DNA from: Azolla caroliniana
Taxonomy: Eukaryota > Plantae > Polypodiophyta
Length of the DNA: 64,000 nt
Assembly: GCA_043228905.1 (NCBI GenBank)
Contig: JBHGNT010000015.1
Coordinates: 5,456,001 to 5,520,000 of the forward strand
Reading direction: 5' to 3'
Made by a program: the position numbers and the translations under genes
Part shown: positions 13,870-23,013 of the stretch, in pieces
How the letters are laid out: every line of letters starts with the position of its first letter
Numbering within the stretch: position 1 is the stretch's first letter
The notes under the pieces: generated by a model
The model's database searches: none
What the model saw: the letters and a program-made list of their open reading frames with translations, nothing else
What the model was told of the DNA's origin: nothing

Positions 13870-15301
13870 TTTGACCCTCGCTCATCACATTGACTCTCCG
13901 TACATCTCGTACGGGGTAACATCCTCCTTCTTCAGGCCCTTAACCACGTCCAACCATGTCTTGGTCTTGGCCTTTTTCCCTCAATCGGTTGTGTCCTTCT
14001 TGACTCTATCACCTACTTCGGCTCTTCCGGATGTGTCGACTTCTTCAGTTGTTTCGACATCTTCCTCAAGTTCCTCATGTTGCTCTCCCCTTGTTGTTCC
14101 ACATATTCTCCCCCTCAAGTGTGGCACGTCGAGATGTTGTATACCAAGCATATTTGAGAAGTGTTGCAACTTGTCTGTCCCAAGCACCTTGGTGAAGATG
14201 TCGGCCACCTGCCGATTGGTTCGAACATACCGAAGTTTGACTTCACCGCTCAGAACCGGTCGCGCACAAAGTGATAATGCACTTCTATGTGCTTCATGCG
14301 AGCATGGAACACAGGGTTCTTAGCTAGTTGCATGCTATTGTTGTTGTCGTAGTAGATCAGAATCGGAGTGGGAAATTCGAACCGTAAGTTTTGAAATAGC
14401 CGCCGGAGTGATATAGGCTCACAAGTTGCGACAGTGCCGCCTCGATACTCCGCTTTGGTGTTTGATAAGGCCACTGTTTACTGTTTCTTGCTACTCCAAG
14501 TTATAACCACGCTCCCAAGAGAAAACATGAAACCTGATGTCGATCTCGATCTGTCGCATCGTAGGCCCAGTCGGCATCAATATAGCCAACTAGTTGTTTG
14601 GTTATACCGTTGTCGTGAAGAAAACCGTCCACAAGCAGAATCGGTGCACCGGAGCGTAGGAACCGGCTCTTCATGCACGATCCTCGGTAGGTAGGAAGTT
14701 AATAGGAAACGGCTCATTCCTTGCCTATAAAAGGAGGGAGACGAGGAGGGGAATAGGGATCGCAAAGTAAGAGAGGACGAAGTGCTGTCGGATTGTGGGT
14801 GTCATGGCAAGACTCGAACCCATGACTTTATGCTACATGGGTCGAGCTCTTACCATTAGATTATGAATTGTATTTTGTAGGATATTATTTTCATTTATAC
14901 TTTATCATAGAAAATTGATGTATATTCCAGATCTCTCTGGAACATTCTAGAAGCTTCAGGATTATTCCTAAAAACACTATAAAAGGAGGCAGAAGGCATT
15001 GTTTTGAACCAAATTGGTTCAACGCCAGTCTTAAGCCTCTTAGCCGCTTGTACTTATCTTTTCACATAATATATTAGTTGCTGTCATCATCTCTCATTCT
15101 CACTATCTCTCTCTCTCTCTCCTCTTCTCACTTCCTCTCTCGGGAATCTTACGCAGTCCCGTCCTCTTAGTACTAATAGTACTGCTATTCTTAGTACTAA
15201 TTCCATCTCTGTTTTAGTACTATTCCTGACAGTTTGAACCAATTTTCCTCCTCTAGCCTACTTGTCACTCTCCCTCATCCTCCTACCCTTTTCCCTATAC
15301 T

Positions 15302-16459
15302 ATGGCTACTGTTAGCGCCCAAGAATACCAATCCGTTTTCTCCGAGCTACAGTGCCTAAAAGAAAAGTTTGTTGCCCTGGAACAAGAAAACCAACGGCTG
15401 ATAGGGGATCTGCAACAAATCGCTCTAGAAAAACAACAAACGCAACAACAACATGGGGAGTTAGCGTTACGGGTACAACAACTCGAAGCAGCGTTGCAAC
15501 AACAAGGATCCAGTCCCCAAGGATTTCATAAAGAGCCCAAGATTGGACTTCCTGTGAAATTTGATGGAACGCGTTTGCAATTCCGGGGATTCCTTAATCA
15601 GGTACGCTTAGTCATCCAGATGCATCCTTCCCGATATCCCACTGATGCATCTCGAGTCGGCCTAATAGGCACGCTACTTAGCGGCTCAACCTTGGCATGG
15701 TTTGCTCCGCTTCTAGAAAAACAATCGCCCTTACTTAATAACTTTGAAGATTTTATTGGTGAGTTTAAAGCCTGCTTTGGAGACACTGACAGCATCAGGA
15801 CGGCGATCAACAAGATCCGACGATTGCGTCAAGGCGATCGTCCAGCCTCTGCCTACACGGCGGATTTCCGCCTACTTGCTTCAGATATACCCTGGGATGA
15901 TCAAGCACTAATGGAGCAGTTTCGTTATGGCTTGCGAAACGATGTCAAAGATCTACTTCTAACTTTCCCCGAAGAACCAAAGTCTCTTACGGAGGCAATC
16001 AATCGAGCAGTTCGATGTGACAACCGCCTTTTTGAACGGCGTTCAGAACGTCAATTACAGATACCACGCTCTAGGCCAGAGCCCACTTACGCCGCAGTCG
16101 CGGCTAAACCGTTTGCACGAGACATACCTCAAGCAAATACTTCGACACCGATGGAGATCGATACCATGCGTCGACGCGGCCTGTTATCGGAAGAAGAAAA
16201 GCAACGACGACGTGCCAATTGATTATGTCTTTATTGCGGTGGACCAGGACATATCGCCGTCAATTGTCCCCATAGGCCAAGAAGACAGGTAAATCAAATC
16301 GTCGCCTGTACTAAACCCGAGTCAATTCTTCCCTTCGGAGTGTCTGATAGTATTAATAGTACTAATAGAGTGTCAGATAGTATTCATAGTACTAATAGCC
16401 CAAGTATCTCAAATAAATTTGAAATCCTTAGTCAATTAGATGAAGAGTTAAACGATTGA
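15302..16459 (+). pseudogene. gag: gag of the chromovirus with one premature stop
   Basis: 306-aa ORF with retrotransposon gag motifs (PVKFDGTR, FRYGLRNDVKD, PMEID). TGA at 16220-16222 (probably CGA>TGA) lies just before an in-frame zinc knuckle CLYCGGPGHIAVNC. The frame stays open to TGA 16457-16459. Confidence 0.9.
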
Positions 16460-19400
16460 GTCCAGCCAAAATAGGAGCCATTTGGTTGGACAGCAGCCCT
16501 AGATCTGTACAGCCCATTAGTGGTTCCATTCCTTCCAAGCAAGTTAGCAATGTGTTCCTAGCCCAAGTCATTGTTAGTACTAAAAGTACTCCCCCAGTAC
16601 CCGTCCTAGCACTTTTAGATTCCGGAGCTAATTCCTGTTTCATGGATCGAAATTTTGCCCAAGCTTCTCAGATATCCTTAAGAAAACTTCCTTGTCCCGC
16701 ATCTGTAGTGGTCATTGATGGTCGTCCCATTGCTTCCGGGAATATTGTAGAAGAATCAGAACCCATTCAAGTTGTCCTAGGTAGTTTTATGTGTATAATA
16801 TCATTTAATATAATTAGTAGTCCAGAGCATCCCATTGTCCTAGGATTACCTTGGCTTGAATTACATAATCCAGCCATAGATTGGAGAACAAGAGAAGTCC
16901 GATATCGACCACCCCAAGAATCAACTCACCGAGTTTCGACCATTTCACTCCATCAACTACGCGAAGAAGGACCCAAGGAGGCAATGTTCCTATTTGCCAT
17001 ATCAGTACATCCTTCTAGCACTATTAAGAAGGACTCCTCAATACAACTTCCGGCAAAATATCATCCTTATGCCGATGTATTTGACAAGGTAAAAGCCGGT
17101 ACCCTTCCTCATCACCGTCCCTATGACTGTCCCATCGATTTACAACCAGGAACCGAGCCACCATGGAGACCAATTTACAACTTGTCACCCACCGAGTTAG
17201 AAGTCCTTCGAGCCTACATAGAGGAGAACTTGGCAAGCGGGTTCATCTGTCATTCGAAATCTCCGGCCAGTGCACCCATCTTCTTTGTCAAGAAGAAAGA
17301 TGGCTCACTTCGTCTTGTCGTTGATTACCGCGGATTGAATAAAGTCACCATCCGGAATAGGTATGCACTTCCTCTTATATCAAGTCTTTTAGAGCGAGTT
17401 AATGGTGCCAAGTTTTTTACTAAAATCGACCTACGAGGAGCGTATAATCTCGTGCGGATCCGACCGGGAGATGAGTGGAAGACCGCTTTTCGCACGCGGT
17501 ATGGGCATTCCGAGTATACTGTTATGCCGTTTGGCCTAACCAATGCACCCGCAGTCTTCCAACACATGGCAAATGATATATTCAGAGACCTCTTGGATAT
17601 CTGTTTGATCATTTATCTGGATGATCTGTTGATTTATTCGAAGACCCAGGAAGAGCACGATTCTCATGTACTATTAGTACTAAAGCGACTCCGCGAGAAT
17701 GGTCTTTATGCCAAGCTAGAGAAATGTAACTTTGACTGCAAGCAAGTGGAATTTCTAGGCTACGTCATCTCCTCAAAGGGCATCGCCATGGATCCAGCTA
17801 AAATCCAAACTGTACTAGAGTGGCAAATTCCACGGTCGGTACGAGATGTACAATGTTTTCTAGGCTTTGCTAACTTCTACCGTAAGTTTATACAGGATTA
17901 CTCGAAGATTATTTTACCTCTCACACAACTTACGAAGAAGGGCCAAGCATTTCTTTGGTCCATCGAAGCAGATATGGCTTTTCGGCATCTTAAGAAAGCC
18001 TTTACATCAGCACCGATTCTAGCTCATGTGGATACAAGCAAACCATTCATCGTGGAGGCCGATGCATCAGATTTCGCCCTCGGTAGCATCCTTTCTCAAC
18101 AAGGCGATAAAGAAGAGTTGCATCCGGTGGCTTTCCATTCGCGCAAATTCAATGTCGCAGAAATCAACTACGAAATACATGACAAGGAGTTATTAGCCAT
18201 CGTGGATTCATTTGTACAATGGCGGCATTTCTTAGAGGGCTCTCCACATCAGGTCATTGTCTTTAGCGATCATAAAAATCTTGCTTATTTTCAGAACGCT
18301 CGCGTACTAAATCGACGGCAAGCTCGGTGGGCGCAATTCCTCACGCGTTTCAACTTCGAAATCACATATCGACCGGGGAAGCAGCAAGGAAAAGCAAATG
18401 CACTATCACGGCGTTCATATCTTGCACCTCGTCCTGGTGACGCAACATTTGATAATCAAAAGCAAGTAATCTTGGGACCAACACGATTGCACACGACGCG
18501 GATTTTTCACACCCCGATGGATTCACGGATTACCGATGACATACGTGCAACCTTGAAGACGGATAGTTTTGCTCAAGACATCCTGGCTCACATTGATACT
18601 TCTCGGGCATCCTGTTCTCAGTCTCAACAACCAGGTATTGACTACCGACAATTCGAATATCATGATGGTTTGTTATTCTTTAAAAAGCGCGTATATGTCC
18701 CCGATTGCTCCTGTCGCCTTCAAATCGTCCAACATTGCCACGACACCCATACGGCGGGACATTTCGGTAGTACCAAGACGTTGGAGTTAGTGCAACGATC
18801 TTTTTGGTGGCCCCACATGCGCCGTTTTGTCGACGACTACGTTCGGACCTGTGATGCTTGCTGCCGAGCAAAGATGCCACGACACCATCCATATGGCTTG
18901 TTGGAACCTTTACCAATTCCAAGTAAGCCATGGCAGTCTATTTGTCTTGATTTTATCATAGATCTGCCGGTCTCGAAGGGGTTCGATGCTATCCTAACCG
19001 TCGTCGATCGATATACGAAGATGGCACATTTTGTGCCATGTACTAAAGCCATCACTAGCGAGGAAACCGCCGCTCTTGTTATGCGTGAGGTATTTCGGCA
19101 TCATGGCCTCCCAGACAGTATTATCAGTGACCGAGGCCCGCAATTTGTCTCCAAATTTTGGCAGCATCTCTTCAGGATGATCAAGGTCTCCTGCAACCTC
19201 TCCTCCGGCTACCATCCTCAAACTGACGGACAGGTGGAACGAACAAACCAAACGTTGGAGCAATATCTCCGATGTTTCCTGAGTTATCAACAGGACGATT
19301 GGGCCGAGATTCTCCACTTTGCGGAGTTTGCGTATAATAATGCTATTCACTCCTCGACTCGGGTCTCCCCATTTCTCGCTTATACCGGTTTCCATCCTCG

Positions 19401-20028
19401 CTGGTCGGTGATCGACACTCCGGAGCTACCTACCAACCCTCGTGCCGAGGACCATTTGGAGAGGCTACGCAAGATCCAGATGGATCTCTCTACTCACCTT
19501 CGTCATGCTCAACACACACAGAAGACTTATGCGGATCGTCATCGGATTCCCTCCTCTTTTGCCATCGGAGATCGAGTATGGCTCTTACGTCGTCACATCA
19601 AGACTACTCGACCGTGCGACAAGTTGGATTATCGACGACTCAGTCCTTTCCGTATTACGGGGAAGATTAATGATGTCACCTTCCGCCTGGATCTCCCTCC
19701 GCAGCTTCAGATACATCCGGTTTTCCATTGTTCTCTTCTTGAACCTTATAAAGCAAACACCATTCCCGATCGTGTGACACCACCGCCGCCCCCGCTGGAG
19801 TTGGACGCCGGCCCGGAGTATGAAGTTGCTGCCATCCTCGATTCCAAACTTGTTCGCAACAAACTTTATTACTTGGTCGATTGGCTCGGTTATAGTCCGA
19901 GCGAACGTACTTGGGAACCCGTCGAGAATGTTGCCAATGCACAAGATCTTCTTGCTGATTTCCACCGAAAGTATCCGGACAAACCCGGTCCGCAATTAGC
20001 GCCGACTCGTTCCACTCGTCGTCTTTAA
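16456..20028 (+). CDS. pol: pol polyprotein PR-RT-RNase H-INT-chromodomain (probably expressed by -1 frameshift)
   Basis: Uninterrupted 1190-aa ORF with LLDSGA, KIDLRGAY, YLDD, EADASDFALG, HHCC and DDE integrase motifs, and C-terminal chromodomain EYEVAAILDS...YLVDWLGYSPSERTWEP. Confidence 0.96.
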   Translation: MSPAKIGAIWLDSSPRSVQPISGSIPSKQVSNVFLAQVIVSTKSTPPVPVLALLDSGANSCFMDRNFAQASQISLRKLPCPASVVVIDGRPIASGNIVEESEPIQVVLGSFMCIISFNIISSPEHPIVLGLPWLELHNPAIDWRTREVRYRPPQESTHRVSTISLHQLREEGPKEAMFLFAISVHPSSTIKKDSSIQLPAKYHPYADVFDKVKAGTLPHHRPYDCPIDLQPGTEPPWRPIYNLSPTELEVLRAYIEENLASGFICHSKSPASAPIFFVKKKDGSLRLVVDYRGLNKVTIRNRYALPLISSLLERVNGAKFFTKIDLRGAYNLVRIRPGDEWKTAFRTRYGHSEYTVMPFGLTNAPAVFQHMANDIFRDLLDICLIIYLDDLLIYSKTQEEHDSHVLLVLKRLRENGLYAKLEKCNFDCKQVEFLGYVISSKGIAMDPAKIQTVLEWQIPRSVRDVQCFLGFANFYRKFIQDYSKIILPLTQLTKKGQAFLWSIEADMAFRHLKKAFTSAPILAHVDTSKPFIVEADASDFALGSILSQQGDKEELHPVAFHSRKFNVAEINYEIHDKELLAIVDSFVQWRHFLEGSPHQVIVFSDHKNLAYFQNARVLNRRQARWAQFLTRFNFEITYRPGKQQGKANALSRRSYLAPRPGDATFDNQKQVILGPTRLHTTRIFHTPMDSRITDDIRATLKTDSFAQDILAHIDTSRASCSQSQQPGIDYRQFEYHDGLLFFKKRVYVPDCSCRLQIVQHCHDTHTAGHFGSTKTLELVQRSFWWPHMRRFVDDYVRTCDACCRAKMPRHHPYGLLEPLPIPSKPWQSICLDFIIDLPVSKGFDAILTVVDRYTKMAHFVPCTKAITSEETAALVMREVFRHHGLPDSIISDRGPQFVSKFWQHLFRMIKVSCNLSSGYHPQTDGQVERTNQTLEQYLRCFLSYQQDDWAEILHFAEFAYNNAIHSSTRVSPFLAYTGFHPRWSVIDTPELPTNPRAEDHLERLRKIQMDLSTHLRHAQHTQKTYADRHRIPSSFAIGDRVWLLRRHIKTTRPCDKLDYRRLSPFRITGKINDVTFRLDLPPQLQIHPVFHCSLLEPYKANTIPDRVTPPPPPLELDAGPEYEVAAILDSKLVRNKLYYLVDWLGYSPSERTWEPVENVANAQDLLADFHRKYPDKPGPQLAPTRSTRRL

Positions 20029-20877
20029 GGGGGAGATAGTGTCATGGCAAGACTCGAACCCATGACTTTATGCTACATGGGTCGAGCTCTTACCATTAGA
20101 TTATGAATTGTATTTTGTAGGATATTATTTTCATTTATACTTTATCATAGAAAATTGATGTATATTCCAGATCTCTCTGGAACATTCTAGAAGCTTCAGG
20201 ATTATTCCTAAAAACACTATAAAAGGAGGCAGAAGGCATTGTTTTGAACCAAATTGGTTCAACGCCAGTCTTAAGCCTCTTAGCCGCTTGTACTTATCTT
20301 TTCACATAATATATTAGTTGCTGTCATCATCTCTCATTCTCGCTATCTCTCTCTCTCTCCTCTTCTCACTTCCTCTCTCGGGAATCTTACGCAATCCCGT
20401 CCTCTTAGTACTAATAGTACTGCTGTTCTTAGTACTAATTCCATCTCTGTTTTAGTACTATTCCTGACAGTGGGCCGAAGGCTTCTCTCTCTTCCAAACT
20501 CCATAGCTTCTTTCTGTGCAGGTTTCAGAAGGCTCGCGCTACTCTGAGGAATGCCCGAGTGCTTCCGGCAGCACCTCCAACCTACTTCTTTCTTTCTGTG
20601 CGTTTACGAACAGGCATCGGCATCTGTTCGCCGGCCTGTTCGGTTGTAACCGACTTCGTGTTTTTGTTGTTTGTCTCTGTTAATATATACATACATTCCT
20701 TCGTGTCTCTCTGTGTTGGTTTCCCGCTCGCATCTTCGTGTCGAAGGGCCGTGTCCCTGTGGATCTACGCTCGCACCTAGTGGACCTCTTCCCTTCTCCT
20801 TTCTCTCTTGCTCTTCGGTACAAGACCCCCGAGGTCCCGCCTCATTCCACGCATCCGCGAGGAATACCTCGACATCT

Positions 20878-20895
20878 TGGTGAACCCGACGTGAA
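20878..20895 (+). promoter_or_regulatory. Primer binding site complementary to tRNA-Trp 3' end
   Basis: tggtgaacccgacgtgaa, 3 nt after the LTR end, is the complement of TTCACGTCGGGTTCA-CCA, the 3' end of plant cytosolic tRNA-Trp (recalled sequence). Confidence 0.85.
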
Positions 20896-20917
20896 GGAGG
20901 CGGCAAAAGAGCAGAAG

Positions 20918-23013
20918 ATGAAAGGGTCGGATCTTGCGGAGGCCATGGCTTCGGCCGTAGATCGGATATTGAGCGCACACGAGGGCTCCGGCGCCCTCGA
21001 CAGAGCCATTGAGGCGGTCGTCGGTACGATCAGCCGGTTCAGTGGAAAGGATGCCACAAAGTATTTGGCGTCCTACGGGGCAGAAATGCTGATGCGGGAC
21101 ATTCCGGAAGAGAGGCGTCTTGCCGGGTTCCCTCGAGTGGCGATGCCGAGCATCCATGCGGAGGTGCTCGAGGTACGGGCGGAGAGCCGTACCTGGGAGG
21201 AGTTCGAAGGCCGACTCCTAGAAAAATACGGGCTGGACGACGCGCTCCGGCTTTCGAAACGAGACTTTATGGAATGGGTGGAGTCCCCCGGCAAGGGAAG
21301 AAACGCGTCGGCACTCCTCCGGGAGTTCAAAGAACGCTTTGCGCGCCTTTCGGCGCTTGACCGAACCGTTCTGGATACAAGCCGGGTCCTACTGTTCGTC
21401 AAGTCGGTGGACGAGCGGGACCGGGATCAAGTCGGCTCCTTGCTGGAAACCGAAGATGGGCTGACGACCGACTAGGCTGCGGTTAAGAGAGTCTGTGGCC
21501 GTTTCGACAAACGGCGAGAATGGGCTGACAACGGGGCGGCTGGTGCGGGCTCTGTCACAGCAAGGAGGCTTGAACCGGCACCGCAAGGGCGAAGGGAAGA
21601 AACCCGGGAATGGCTCGAAACCGGTCTGGATTCGACCGGCCCGCGTCAACTCCTCGAGCGATAAAGGATCTCCAGATCGCCCAGACTCGAAGGGAAGGCG
21701 GCGAACCGGCTCGTGACCGACGGCCGGTAGCAGGGAACAGGTGCATGTGATGCGACGAGGTCGGCCACATCCGGAAGGACTGCGGCGATTTCGCAGAAGC
21801 GTTGAGGAACCGGGTGGTGTACCTGTGGGAAGACCGGGTGCACGCCGGCGACACCAGAAGGGCCCTAAACCGAAACGACGGGCGAGGAGGAATGAAGAGA
21901 CTGATGGAAGTGGCAGCGGCCCGACACGTGGAGACCATCCACTACTCGACGTCGGCCGGTATTCGGGTCGGGGGCAACGAGGCCCGAAAGGAGGGCAAAG
22001 ACGGATTCTGGTCGGCAATGTTGGAAGGTCTTGCCGGCGCACGGCTAAGGAAAGATGAAACGGACCGCGCTGAGAGACGGGTCCGGGAAATAACCGGGTG
22101 GAGCGATCCGGTCGAGGAGAAGACGGGCTTCGTAGAAGCCGCCTGCCGGAACTACGAGACTCTGGTAGAAGACAAACGAGTGGGGAAAGCCGGAGCGGCC
22201 GGGCCCTCACAACGGTACGAGACCCGATTCGGGCAACGACGGAACGATGCCAGTGGGTCCAGCTCGCAAGATAACCCCAGGAAGGGCGGATACCGACTAG
22301 GGACGGAAATAGAAAGGACTACGGACCTACGAAAGGTCCTAGAAGAACGGATCCTCGACAGCAAAGTGGAGTTGTCATTGCGAGAGGTGCTAGGGATCGC
22401 CAAGAAGGAGTTCCACGACTCCATTGTGGACCTGGTGAAACGGAAGAGGCTGTTGACGGAGACGGAACCGGAAAGACCGGTGGAGGTGCAGACGACGCAC
22501 ATCGATGACATGGCGCTGGAAGATGAGTGGGCGGAGAGCCACTATTCAAGGCCGCACTGGGCCCGAGCGACCACGGAGACCCCGGTAAAGATCGGAGATG
22601 TTCAGGAACCGGAGGTGGCATTGGTGGACCACGGTTCGGAAATAAACCTGATGTCCATGGACTTCTATAAGAAGGGGAAGTGGCCGATCAACACCAAGCA
22701 CGGGTGGAATATACGGGCAGCGACGCGCGCCACCGAGGAACTGCACGGGGCCTGCCCGAACGTGTGAGTCAAGATCGGCAACGTCGAGATTGACCAGCAC
22801 TTCTTCGTACAGGAGACGTCCTCGCACCCAGTCATATTAGGGGAACCATACATCACGGCGGCGCGAATGGAGACCAAGGTGCTGGACAACGGTTCGGCCT
22901 ACGCGTGGGTCAAAAGCCAGGACGGGCGCCATTCGGTCCAATTTATGACGGTGCGGCCGAACCACGAGCGAAACCGCGAATCCCTCGGTGGCGAGAACCG
23001 GGAGGATTTTTAG
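20918..23013 (+). pseudogene. gag-protease ORF of the outer Gypsy (stops at 21473, ~21748, 22765; frameshift near 21655)
   Basis: FSGKDATKYL gag motif, CCHC knuckle and LVDHGSEINLM aspartic protease in the same frame, ending at TAG 23011-23013. Confidence 0.85.

Larger units (their letters stand above)
14800..20469 (+). mobile_element. Young full-length Ty3/gypsy chromovirus (Tcn1-like) nested in the 5' LTR of the outer Gypsy
   Basis: LTRs 14800-15231 and 20040-20469 (tgtca...tgaca) differ by about 3 substitutions and one CT indel. 5-bp TSD gtggg (14795-14799 / 20470-20474) and PPT aagggggagatag 20027-20039. Confidence 0.97.
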
